Positions 13,019 to 25,048 of a stretch of DNA of 64,000 nucleotides are shown here, piece by piece. Made by a program: the position numbers and the translations under genes. Every line of letters starts with the position of its first letter. Position 1 is the first letter of the stretch. The notes under the pieces are model-generated. The model did not search any database and was not told where the DNA came from. It saw only the letters and a list, made by a program, of their open reading frames with translations. Source of the stretch: Hyaloraphidium curvatum SAG 235-1 (lineage: Eukaryota; Fungi; Monoblepharomycota); NCBI GenBank assembly GCA_025558095.1, contig JAIVFI010000006.1:558001-622000 (forward strand), given 5' to 3'.

Positions 13019-14000
13019 AAAGGTCAAGGCAGTGGGCCAATATGGGAACCCGTTCATTGTTGAGATGCCAAAGGAGGAGTACCTTGCCGGGGAAAGCACC
13101 AGGGACAAAGTGACATGCATGGCTCTTCGTGCCGTCACTCATCTGCCCAAGTCTACCTCCCTGGCCTGTCTGTATGCGATCACTGGCCAGTACCCCCTTG
13201 CAGTTCATGACCACAAGTCGGCACTCAAGTTCCTCATGCGCATCAAAACAGCGGATCCTGCACTGTACCTACTTTACAAAGAGCTCAAGATCGAGGCACT
13301 GAAGGGGTCCTGGAACTGGGCTCTTCCTGAGGGAACTACTTGTATACTATGGCGGCGAAGATGGGAGGGAGATGTGGGAGAAGGACACTTTCTCATGGCC
13401 CAAGGAGACTGTGGAGAATCTTGTGAAGGGCAAGTTCAGGGAGATCAATGCCCAGAGGCTCAAGGACAACGACAAACTGCACTTTTGGAGGATGTGTGAC
13501 ATGACCTTTGGCCACATCGGACCATCCCTGATCCGGGTGGAGAAGCACCGGAGGGATGTCCAAAAGTTGCTGTGCTCTACCCACGACCTGGAGGTGGAGA
13601 CAGGCAGGCACCAAGGACTTGAGGTGCAGCAGAGAACGTGCAAGCATGACCCTGAGCACATTGGAGACGAACAACACTTTCTGTTTCACTGTTCAGCAAA
13701 TGCGGAGCGGCGCCAGAAGCTGCAGACTAGATTGGAAGCACTAGGCCGCGAGTGGAACATGGAGACCTGGCTCTGGGCTCTTAGCATCAAGGAGTTCGAG
13801 CCCACGATCAAAGCGAGGCGGCAGAAGGAGAAGGCCCTCAAATCCATTGCCAGCTTCATCTCAAAGTCCATGAAGGACAGGAAAACTGGGAAAATGAAAA
13901 AGACACACGACGACGATGAACTTTGCAATTAGCAGCAAACTCATGGTGTAACAGCGGCCAAGCCAGGGGCAGGTCCGGGTCACCAATACTATTCTATTCT
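13019..14000 (+). mobile_element. Second copy of the LINE 3' ~1 kb
   Basis: Near-identical to 12028-13009, with a small deletion/frameshift near 13320. Confidence 0.92.
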
Positions 14001-16113
14001 AAGGGGAGGATGAACAGCTGCACCCGGTGTGCTACTTCTCAAGGGCAATGTCGAAGACCGAAGGGGACTACGACACACTTGACCAGGAGATGCTTGCAAT
14101 CAAGGAAGGATTTGCAGAATGGAGGCACTACCTGGAAGGAGCAAAGCACAGAACGATTGTGTACTCCGACCACCACAACCTGCATGCCCTGTCAAAAGCA
14201 GTGGTTCTGAAAGGCAGACACGCCAGATGGGCACAGTTCTTTATGCGGTTTTGGTTTGAAATCAGGTACAAACCGGGCAAAGAGAATGGAAAGGCAGATG
14301 CATTGTCAAGGAAGCCACAGTTTGAGCCAAGTGAAGACCAACTGAGGGAGCAGAAGGAAAGGACAATCTTCACGAACGAGAGTTTCGTGCTGATGGCATT
14401 GCTTGCTGATGAAGAGGACGAAGATCTGTGGGAACGGATCAAAGGCCTTCAAGAAGAGGATCCTTTGGTTCAAGAGCTGAAGACATGGCTCGAGGAAGAC
14501 CCACTGAGCAGAGGCAAGGAACCAAGGCCAGACATGGAACACTTCTCACTGGACGAAGGAGTGCTGTACCATGGAGACACAGTGTACGTGCCAGAAGAGC
14601 TTCGAAGGGAAGTTTTGGAGAGCAGAGAGCAGACATGACAGCAAACTCGCGGGACATTTTGGGGTCAAGAAAACACTGGAGCTCGTGGAAAGAGACTTCT
14701 GGTGGCCCAAAATGAAGAAGTTCGTGGAGGCATACGTGACGACATGTGACACTTGCCAAAGAAGCAAAGCGAATCGTCACAAGCCCTACGGAGAACTTCA
14801 GCCTTTGGGAGTACCTGAGAGAAACTGGTCATCAATCTCAATGGATTTCATTGTAGAACTACCTGAGTCTGAGGGCAGACCATGCATTCTCACAGTTGTA
14901 GACAGACTCTCCAAACAAGCGCCCTTTCTGGACTTCAAGAAGCTGCCAGATTCGGAACAGACGGCAAAGAAGTTCCTGAAGCACGTTTCAAAGAGCATGG
15001 ATTCCCGGATGAGATCATTTCGGACAGAGGCACCCAGTTTTTGTCAAAGTTCTGGAACCGTGCGTCTCATGGAGCTGTGTGACGTGAAGGTGAAAATGTC
15101 CACATCTTTTTACCCACAAACAGATGGACAGTCTGAAATCGTCAACCAGACTCTGGAGCAGTACCTCAGAGCGTTTGTGAACTACGACCAGGACAACTGG
15201 AGAGAGCTCTTGCCTCTGGCGGAATTTGCATACAACAATTCCATCCATGCATCAACGAAAATGACGCCATTCTTTGCAAACTACGGCTTTCATCCGAAGT
15301 TTGACGTGAAAGCAGCAAAGCACAAAGTGGTGCCAAAAGCTGAAGAACTGGTTGTCAAATTGAGAGAGATCAACGACATCCTGAAGGAAGAACTTCAGCA
15401 GGCCCAGGAGGACCAGAAAAAGTTTGCAGACAGGAAACGGACAGAATTTCCGGAGCTGAAGGAGGGAGACAAAGTCTGGATTCGGACAAGGAACATCAAA
15501 ACGACGAGGCCAGCAAAGAAACTGGACTACAAGAAGATTGGACCGTACCCAGTGGAACGGAAGGTGTCTGCAGTTGCCTACAAAGTGAAACTGCCACCAG
15601 ACGTGAAGATCCACCCAGTCTTTCATGTGAACCTGCTGCTGGAGCCTCACAAGGACGATCCGATCCAGGGGAGAAAGCAACCCCCACCAGCACCTGTCGT
15701 CGTGGAAGAGGAGGAACGTTGGGACGTCAAAGGAACTCTTGGATGTCTGAAAGAGAAGGAGGAAGTTGGAATTCTTCGTTGATTGGCAAGGATCTGGCAT
15801 TGAGGACAGATCTTGGATTCCAGCATCGAACATTGACTCTGTCTTGATTGATGAGTTCTTTGAGAAACATCCAGAAAAGCGGCAACTCGCAAATTGAGGT
15901 CAATTCACAAGTGAGAAAGGGGATGATGTGAAGACTAGCCCTATTTGTGACTTAGGGTATGGGAGCGCTAGCGTGCAGCCTAGAGGCCATGCGCACAAAC
16001 CCTTGTACCTCACCGATTCTCACTACAATTACCCTTTGCCGCCTTGAGCCTCGCTCGGTCCTGCTACGCCCTCTAGCAGCGCCCTAGGCCAGGATCTGTC
16101 CCCGATCCTGACA
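14001..16113 (+). mobile_element. Ty3/Gypsy chromovirus 3' half (RNase H, integrase, degenerate chromodomain, PPT, 3' LTR-A ~15927-16113); repeated at 16673 and 19346
   Basis: YFSRAMS..YDTLDQEMLAI..WRHYLEG, ENGKADALSR, HDSKLAGHFG..CDTCQ, ISMDFIVELP, IISDRGTQF, YPQTDGQSE, GPY module, IHPVFHV, frameshifted EEERWDVK..DWQG..SWIP. PPT GAGAAAGGGG precedes TGTGA...TGACA. Confidence 0.93.
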
Positions 16114-16427
16114 GGGAGTGAGTTAGCCAACAGACAAAAGCAAAGAGGGACCAAAAAGGTCACCTGTGGACGACTGTGAAGGCACAATCGGAGCAGAAGG
16201 AGCTCGAATGCATGATTGGCAGTCGAGGCTTGAGAGCCTAGAGAGTGTGAATAGCCACTGGATCGAGGCAAAGGCCTGGCAGATGCCAGCTGAGCTTGAC
16301 ACAGCTTTGACGCAGAAGATCAAAGCATGCTACAGTCTGGAAGTAAGCAAAGCAAACATCAGAAGCAAATTCAGCTGATGAGGGTCACTCTTGAAATTGA
16401 GGCAAGTCCTGGTGAGAAAGGGGAGGG

Positions 16428-16598
16428 TGTCAGGACGGGCCTTGGGAGATGGCCTAGTCATGGGTTGGTTAGGGAGAGCATATGGGGGCGGCCCAAACAC
16501 CATGTACCCCACTGCTTCTCACTGTGTACATAGACATCCCGCCGCCTCAATGCTATGCAGTCCCCACTAGGGCCCAGCTGGCCCCTGGGTTCCTGACA
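16428..16598 (+). repeat. LTR-B (171 bp; TGTCAGGA...TCCTGACA) preceded by a PPT; also at ~19101-19271 and 24144-24314
   Basis: Perfect 8-bp terminal inverted repeats, TG...CA ends, and a GAGAAAGGGGAGGG purine tract immediately upstream. Confidence 0.88.
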
Positions 16599-19500
16599 CA
16601 TTGGCAGCAAACTCATGGTGTAACAGCGGCCAAGCCAGGGGCAGGTCCGGGTCACCAATACTATTCTATTCTAAGGGGAGGATGAACAGCTGCACCCGGT
16701 GTGCTACTTCTCAAGGGCAATGTCGAAGACCGAAGGGGACTACGACACACTTGACCAGGAGATGCTTGCAATCAAGGAAGGATTTGCAGAATGGAGGCAC
16801 TACCTGGAAGGAGCAAAGCACAGAACGATTGTGTACTCCGACCACCACAACCTGCATGCCCTGTCAAAAGCAGTGGTTCTGAAAGGCAGACACGCCAGAT
16901 GGGCACAGTTCTTTATGCGGTTTTGGTTTGAAATCAGGTACAAACCGGGCAAAGAGAATGGAAAGGCAGATGCATTGTCAAGGAAGCCACAGTTTGAGCC
17001 AAGTGAAGACCAACTGAGGGAGCAGAAGGAAAGGACAATCTTCACGAACGAGAGTTTCGTGCTGATGGCATTGCTTGCTGATGAAGAGGACGAAGATCTG
17101 TGGGAACGGATCAAAGGCCTTCAAGAAGAGGATCCTTTGGTTCAAGAGCTGAAGACATGGCTCGAGGAAGACCCACTGAGCAGAGGCAAGGAACCAAGGC
17201 CAGACATGGAACACTTCTCACTGGACGAAGGAGTGCTGTACCATGGAGACACAGTGTACGTGCCAGAAGAGCTTCGAAGGGAAGTTTTGGAGAGCAGAGA
17301 GCAGACATGACAGCAAACTCGCGGGACATTTTGGGGTCAAGAAAACACTGGAGCTCGTGGAAAGAGACTTCTGGTGGCCCAAAATGAAGAAGTTCGTGGA
17401 GGCATACGTGACGACATGTGACACTTGCCAAAGAAGCAAAGCGAATCGTCACAAGCCCTACGGAGAACTTCAGCCTTTGGGAGTACCTGAGAGAAACTGG
17501 TCATCAATCTCAATGGATTTCATTGTAGAACTACCTGAGTCTGAGGGCAGACCATGCATTCTCACAGTTGTAGACAGACTCTCCAAACAAGCGCCCTTTC
17601 TGGACTTCAAGAAGCTGCCAGATTCGGAACAGACGGCAAAGAAGTTCCTGAAGCACGTTTTCAAAGAGCATGGATTCCCGGATGAGATCATTTCGGACAG
17701 AGGCACCCAGTTTTTGTCAAAGTTCTGGAACCGTGCGTCTCATGGAGCTGTGTGACGTGAAGGTGAAAATGTCCACATCTTTTTACCCACAAACAGATGG
17801 ACAGTCTGAAATCGTCAACCAGACTCTGGAGCAGTACCTCAGAGCGTTTGTGAACTACGACCAGGACAACTGGAGAGAGCTCTTGCCTCTGGCGGAATTT
17901 GCATACAACAATTCCATCCATGCATCAACGAAAATGACGCCATTCTTTGCAAACTACGGCTTTCATCCGAAGTTTGACGTGAAAGCAGCAAAGCACAAAG
18001 TGGTGCCAAAAGCTGAAGAACTGGTTGTCAAATTGAGAGAGATCAACGACATCCTGAAGGAAGAACTTCAGCAGGCCCAGGAGGACCAGAAAAAGTTTGC
18101 AGACAGGAAACGGACAGAATTTCCGGAGCTGAAGGAGGGAGACAAAGTCTGGATTCGGACAAGGAACATCAAAACGACGAGGCCAGCAAAGAAACTGGAC
18201 TACAAGAAGATTGGACCGTACCCAGTGGAACGGAAGGTGTCTGCAGTTGCCTACAAAGTGAAACTGCCACCAGACGTGAAGATCCACCCAGTCTTTCATG
18301 TGAACCTGCTGCTGGAGCCTCACAAGGACGATCCGATCCAGGGGAGAAAGCAACCCCCACCAGCACCTGTCGTCGTGGAAGAGGAGGAACGTTGGGACGT
18401 CAAAGGAACTCTTGGATGTCTGAAAGAGAAGGAGGAAGTTGGAATTCTTCGTTGATTGGCAAGGATCTGGCATTGAGGACAGATCTTGGATTCCAGCATC
18501 GAACATTGACTCTGTCTTGATTGATGAGTTCTTTGAGAAACATCCAGAAAAGCGGCAACTCGCAAATTGAGGTCAATTCACAAGTGAGAAAGGGGATGAT
18601 GTGAAGACTAGCCCTATTTGTGACTTAGGGTATGGGAGCGCTAGCGTGCAGCCTAGAGGCCATGCGCACAAACCCTTGTACCTCACCGATTCTCACTACA
18701 ATTACCCTTTGCCGCCTTGAGCCTCGCTCGGTCCTGCTACGCCCTCTAGCAGCGCCCTAGGCCAGGATCTGTCCCCGATCCTGACAGGGAGTGAGTTAGC
18801 CAACAGACAAAAGCAAAGAGGGACCAAAAAGGTCACCTGTGGACGACTGTGAAGGCACAATCGGAGCAGAAGGAGCTCGAATGCATGATTGGCAGTCGAG
18901 GCTTGAGAGCCTAGAGAGTGTGAATAGCCACTGGATCGAGGCAAAGGCCTGGCAGATGCCAGCTGAGCTTGACACAGCTTTGACGCAGAAGATCAAAGCA
19001 TGCTACAGTCTGGAAGTAAGCAAAGCAAACATCAGAAGCAAATTCAGCTGATGAGGGTCACTCTTGAAATTGAGGCAAGTCCTGGTGAGAAAGGGGAGGG
19101 TGTCAGGACGGGCCTTGGGAGATGGCCTAGTCATGGGTTGGTTAGGGAGAGCATATGGGGGCGGCCCAAACACCATGTACCCCACTGCTTCTCACTGTGT
19201 ACATAGACATCCCGCCGCCTCAATGCTATGCAGTCCCCACTAGGGCCCAGCTGGCCCCTGGGTTCCTGACACATTGGCAGCAAACTCATGGTGTAACAGC
19301 GGCCAAGCCAGGGGCAGGTCCGGGTCACCAATACTATTCTATTCTAAGGGGAGGATGAACAGCTGCACCCGGTGTGCTACTTCTCAAGGGCAATGTCGAA
19401 GACCGAAGGGGACTACGACACACTTGACCAGGAGATGCTTGCAATCAAGGAAGGATTTGCAGAATGGAGGCACTACCTGGAAGGAGCAAAGCACAGAACG

Positions 19501-21681
19501 ATTGTGTACTCCGACCACCACAACCTGCATGCCCTGTCAAAAGCAGTGGTTCTGAAAGGCAGACACGCCAGATGGGCACAGTTCTTTATGCGGTTTTGGT
19601 TTGAAATCAGGTACAAACCGGGCAAAGAGAATGGAAAGGCAGATGCATTGTCAAGGAAGCCACAGTTTGAGCCAAGTGAAGACCAACTGAGGGAGCAGAA
19701 GGAAAGGACAATCTTCACGAACGAGAGTTTCGTGCTGATGGCATTGCTTGCTGATGAAGAGGACGAAGATCTGTGGGAACGGATCAAAGGCCTTCAAGAA
19801 GAGGATCCTTTGGTTCAAGAGCTGAAGACATGGCTCGAGGAAGACCCACTGAGCAGAGGCAAGGAACCAAGGCCAGACATGGAACACTTCTCACTGGACG
19901 AAGGAGTGCTGTACCATGGAGACACAGTGTACGTGCCAGAAGAGCTTCGAAGGGAAGTTTTGGAGAGCAGAGAGCAGACATGACAGCAAACTCGCGGGAC
20001 ATTTTGGGGTCAAGAAAACACTGGAGCTCGTGGAAAGAGACTTCTGGTGGCCCAAAATGAAGAAGTTCGTGGAGGCATACGTGACGACATGTGACACTTG
20101 CCAAAGAAGCAAAGCGAATCGTCACAAGCCCTACGGAGAACTTCAGCCTTTGGGAGTACCTGAGAGAAACTGGTCATCAATCTCAATGGATTTCATTGTA
20201 GAACTACCTGAGTCTGAGGGCAGACCATGCATTCTCACAGTTGTAGACAGACTCTCCAAACAAGCGCCCTTTCTGGACTTCAAGAAGCTGCCAGATTCGG
20301 AACAGACGGCAAAGAAGTTCCTGAAGCACGTTTTCAAAGAGCATGGATTCCCGGATGAGATCATTTCGGACAGAGGCACCCAGTTTTTGTCAAAGTTCTG
20401 GAACCGTGCGTCTCATGGAGCTGTGTGACGTGAAGGTGAAAATGTCCACATCTTTTTACCCACAAACAGATGGACAGTCTGAAATCGTCAACCAGACTCT
20501 GGAGCAGTACCTCAGAGCGTTTGTGAACTACGACCAGGACAACTGGAGAGAGCTCTTGCCTCTGGCGGAATTTGCATACAACAATTCCATCCATGCATCA
20601 ACGAAAATGACGCCATTCTTTGCAAACTACGGCTTTCATCCGAAGTTTGACGTGAAAGCAGCAAAGCACAAAGTGGTGCCAAAAGCTGAAGAACTGGTTG
20701 TCAAATTGAGAGAGATCAACGACATCCTGAAGGAAGAACTTCAGCAGGCCCAGGAGGACCAGAAAAAGTTTGCAGACAGGAAACGGACAGAATTTCCGGA
20801 GCTGAAGGAGGGAGACAAAGTCTGGATTCGGACAAGGAACATCAAAACGACGAGGCCAGCAAAGAAACTGGACTACAAGAAGATTGGACCGTACCCAGTG
20901 GAACGGAAGGTGTCTGCAGTTGCCTACAAAGTGAAACTGCCACCAGACGTGAAGATCCACCCAGTCTTTCATGTGAACCTGCTGCTGGAGCCTCACAAGG
21001 ACGATCCGATCCAGGGGAGAAAGCAACCCCCACCAGCACCTGTCGTCGTGGAAGAGGAGGAACGTTGGGACGTCAAAGGAACTCTTGGATGTCTGAAAGA
21101 GAAGGAGGAAGTTGGAATTCTTCGTTGATTGGCAAGGATCTGGCATTGAGGACAGATCTTGGATTCCAGCATCGAACATTGACTCTGTCTTGATTGATGA
21201 GTTCTTTGAGAAACATCCAGAAAAGCGGCAACTCGCAAATTGAGGTCAATTCACAAGTGAGAAAGGGGATGATGTGAAGACTAGCCCTATTTGTGACTTA
21301 GGGTATGGGAGCGCTAGCGTGCAGCCTAGAGGCCATGCGCACAAACCCTTGTACCTCACCGATTCTCACTACAATTACCCTTTGCCGCCTTGAGCCTCGC
21401 TCGGTCCTGCTACGCCCTCTAGCAGCGCCCTAGGCCAGGATCTGTCCCCGATCCTGACAGGGAGTGAGTTAGCCAACAGACAAAAGCAAAGAGGGACCAA
21501 AAAGGTCACCTGTGGACGACTGTGAAGGCACAATCGGAGCAGAAGGAGCTCGAATGCATGATTGGCAGTCGAGGCTTGAGAGCCTAGAGAGTGTGAATAG
21601 CCACTGGATCGAGGCAAAGGCCTGGCAGATGCCAGCTGAGCTTGACACAGCTTTGACGCAGAAGATCAAAGCATGCTACAG

Positions 21682-22377
21682 TCCACCACTTCCCAAGGCC
21701 ACGATCACGCCTTCTGGAGACCTGCTGCGCCCCATCACCCTCAAGGAGCTGGAGAGGGTCTTGAAGAAGGCCCCCAACGGCAAGGCAAAGGACGAGGATG
21801 GGATCCGGCTCGAGTTCGTCAAGTACGGGACTGCAGTACTGAAGCAAGGTTGTCAACCTCCTCAACGACGTGCTCAATGGCGTCAAGATGGATGACTGGG
21901 GCCAGACACTGCTGGTGATGCTGCACAAGAAGGGGCCCAAAACGTGGCTGGCAACTACCGAGGCATCATGATCAGCATAGAGAGGACGCTGGGGAAGCTT
22001 AACAAGAAGGTCTTCTCCCTGGTCTGGAACGCTCGGCTAGCTCCCTGGGCTGAATGCAACAAGCTGCTGGAAGGCTCGCAGTTTGGATTCCGTGCACGGA
22101 GATCGACCCTTCGTTCATGCAGTGTTCCTTGCCGAGGCACTCTTCTCCTTGGCCAAGGCACGCAAGGAGAAGCTGATCATGGTGTTTGTAGATTTCACAA
22201 AGGCTTTTGACACGGTGGAGCGCCCCAGGTTATGGCAGAAGCTGGAGGAGATGGGAGTACCCAAACTGGTTGTTGACATGTTCGAGATGGCGTTCGGGCG
22301 CGTGTGGGGACAGCTCTGGGATGAAGACGGGACCAAGTCAGACTTCATCAAGTTCCTGACCGGAGTGAAGCAGGGGG
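21682..22377 (+). mobile_element. LINE internal fragment (copy of ~10837-11533)
   Basis: Same sequence and same frameshifts as the first copy. Confidence 0.9.
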
Positions 22378-22613
22378 TGTTGGAATGGATCGTTGCTACG
22401 ATTCTGTATCAATAGGGAGTCTATTGGCGTGTGGGGATACTTGGGTACGATCGGAGGGGTCATCTAGGGACTTGTCATCACAAGGGAATGGACAATGGGT
22501 CAACGTGAAACTGTCCCTCTCCCCATCCCGTCCATCTGAGTTCTGACCCGGTTCAGACCACTGGGGCTACGTCTTCCCCACGCCCCATAGCCACTCCAAC
22601 AGGTTATGAGCCC
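22378..22613 (+). mobile_element. Ty1/Copia-type 5' LTR (22378-22601) plus PBS
   Basis: TGTTGGA...TCCAACA termini immediately followed by GGTTATGAGCCC, the half-tRNAiMet PBS typical of copia/Ty5-like elements. Confidence 0.8.
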
Positions 22614-22673
22614 AAAGGGTGTCCAGAACACTTTTGCGCCCATGAGTTTGCTGCTAATTGCAAAGTTCATCGT

Positions 22674-23731
22674 AACCTCACCGTGTAAAGGTCATGTACA
22701 GGGACCAGGAGCTGAAGAGGGTTGACAGCTTCAAGCTTCTGGGGTATCAGCTGACCTCAACCGGCCGGAGCAAGGACCATGTGCATGGCAGAGAGGCCAA
22801 GATGAACGCTGCTTAGCGCTGCTTATGGGCTCTTCAGGCTCCGTGACATCAGGGAGCAGCCTGGGATGAGTCCTGAGCTCCAGCTCAAGCTCTACAACAC
22901 AAAGGTCAAGGCAGTGGGCCAATATGGGAACCCGTTCATTGTTGAGATGCCAAAGGAGGAGTACCTTGCCGGGGAAAGCACCAGGGACAAAGTGACATGC
23001 ATGGCTCTTCGTGCCGTCACTCATCTGCCCAAGTCTACCTCCCTGGCCTGTCTGTATGCGATCACTGGCCAGTACCCCCTTGCAGTTCATGACCACAAGT
23101 CGGCACTCAAGTTCCTCATGCGCATCAAAACAGCGGATCCTGCACTGTACCTACTTTACAAAGAGCTCAAGATCGAGGCACTGAAGGGGTCCTGGAACTG
23201 GGCTCTTCCTGAGGGAACTACTTGTATACTATGGCGGCGAAGATGGGAGGGAGATGTGGGAGAAGGACACTGTCTCATGGCCCAAGGAGACTGTGGAGAA
23301 TCTTGTGAAGGGCAAGTTCAGGGAGATCAATGCCCAGAGGCTCAAGGACAACGACAAACTGCACTTTTGGAGGATGTGTGACATGACCTTTGGCCACATC
23401 GGACCATCCCTGATCCGGGTGGAGAAGCACCGGAGGGATGTCCAAAAGTTGCTGTGCTCTACCCACGACCTGGAGGTGGAGACAGGCAGGCACCAAGGAC
23501 TTGAGGTGCAGCAGAGAACGTGCAAGCATGACCCTGAGCACATTGGAGACGAACAACACTTTCTGTTTCACTGTTCAGCAAATGCGGAGCGGCGCCAGAA
23601 GCTGCAGACTAGATTGGAAGCACTAGGCCGCGAGTGGAACATGGAGACCTGGCTCTGGGCTCTTAGCATCAAGGAGTTCGAGCCCACAATCAAAGCGAGG
23701 CGGCAGAAGGAGAAGGCCCTCAACTCCATTG
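22674..23731 (+). mobile_element. LINE fragment (copy of ~11813-12860)
   Basis: Direct sequence similarity, with small indels near 22810-22840. Confidence 0.9.
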
Positions 23732-24314
23732 CCCCTGGGTTCCTGACATAGTGAGAAGCACGTGCGAAAAGCTTGAGAAGCGCGCACAATTCAGCACCAG
23801 AAGGACCGTTCAGCAAATGGATTTGCACCCTGAGGGAGTGAGTTAGCCAACAGACAAAAGCAAAGAGGGACCGAGAAGGTCACCTGTGGACGACTGTGAA
23901 GGCACAATCGGAGCAGAAGGAGCTCGAATGATTGGCAGTCGAGGCTTGAGAGCCTAGAGAGTGTGAATAGCCACTGGATCGAGGCAAAGGCCCAGCAGAT
24001 GCCAGCTGAGCTTGACGCAGCTTTGACGCAGAAGATCAAAGCACGCTACAGTCTGGAAGTAAGCAAAGCAAACATCAGAAGCAAATTCAGCTGATGAGGG
24101 TCACTCTTGAAATTGAGGCAAGTCCTGGTGAGAAAGGGGAGGGTGTCAGGACGGGCCTTGGGAGATGGCCTAGTCATGGGTTGGTTAGGGAGAGCATATG
24201 GGGGCGGCCCAAACACCATGTACCCCACTGCTTCTCACTGTGTACATAGACATCCCGCCGCCTCAATGCTATGCAGTCCCCACTAGGGCCCAGCTGGCCC
24301 CTGGGTTCCTGACA
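23731..24314 (+). mobile_element. TRIM-like miniature LTR element: truncated 5' LTR-B, PBS, ~395 bp non-coding internal region, PPT, 3' LTR-B
   Basis: LTR-B end GCCCCTGGGTTCCTGACA at 23731-23748 and a full LTR-B at 24144-24314. The internal region is shared with the tandem unit. Confidence 0.75.
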
Positions 24315-24317
24315 CAT

Positions 24318-24503
24318 AATCGACTTATTGTGATGCCCAACGATCGTTGCTCTGTTGGTGGCATTTGTGACGCGCCTTTGACTTTTCGCTGCGTGCCTAG
24401 TGAGTCTTTCAGCCAAGCACATAAATAAAGTGGTCGAAGAACTCCTTGAGTTCGGCATCTCCTCCGTCCTTTGATTCGGCATCTACGTCGTCCTTGCCTT
24501 GCA
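24318..24503 (-). pseudogene. Inverted, decayed duplicate of host ORF segment ~8886-9080
   Basis: Translates as LQGKDDVDAESKDGGDAELKEFFDHF versus LQGEDDGDAESKDGGAAELKEFFDHF in ORF 8408-9685. Confidence 0.85.
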
Positions 24504-24829
24504 AAACAGCGATGCATTCGGACGCGGATGCGAGGGAGGTGGATCCTTCATCGGGCAGGGCGCTGCTGCGGTTGGCGCAGGGGACGCTGCGCCGGAGGCG
24601 GAAGGAGCCACAGGGGGATCTGCTGGCAACCGTCATGGCGAACCGTCAGGAGCTGGCTGCATGAGATCCCGTTGCTCTTCGTGTGGTATAGCCAGATACA
24701 TCAGGCTGCATTATACCATATTGATGCCATTTCCGTTCATTGGTGCGCAGAGCAAGCCAGCTGCTTTCTCAAGGACTAGGAGTTGTGAGACAATGCGACT
24801 TGCGGTCATCGATTCAAAAGCAAGTGTTG

Positions 24830-24999
24830 TGTCAGGAACCCAGGGGCCAGCTGGGCCCTAGTGGGGACTGCATAGCATCGAGGCGGCAGGATGTCTATGT
24901 ACACAGTGAGAAGCAGTGGGGTACATGGTGTTTGGGCCGCCCCCATATGCCCTAACCAACCCATGACTAGGCCATCTCCCAAGGCCCGTCCTGATGACA
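24830..24999 (-). repeat. Solo LTR-B in reverse orientation with 5-bp TSD TGTTG
   Basis: Slightly diverged reverse complement of LTR-B. TGTTG at 24825-24829 and 25000-25004. Confidence 0.88.
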
Positions 25000-25048
25000 T
25001 GTTGTTGCACAAGTACTGCTCTGAAAGTGTCATTTATTCTCATCATCA

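Larger units (their letters stand above)
13932..21682 (+). repeat. ~2.9 tandem copies of a 2672/2673-bp composite unit (LINE tail + Gypsy pol 3' half + LTR-A + TRIM internal + LTR-B)
   Basis: Identical ORFs start at 14027, 16699 and 19372. Copy 1 differs by a 1-bp deletion near 14987. Confidence 0.95.

Noticed and set aside
13932-24999. CRISPR-like array from recurring LTR/LINE-tail repeats
   Set aside because: The repeats are 70-2673 bp retroelement parts with identical intervening sequence, not short repeats with unique spacers.
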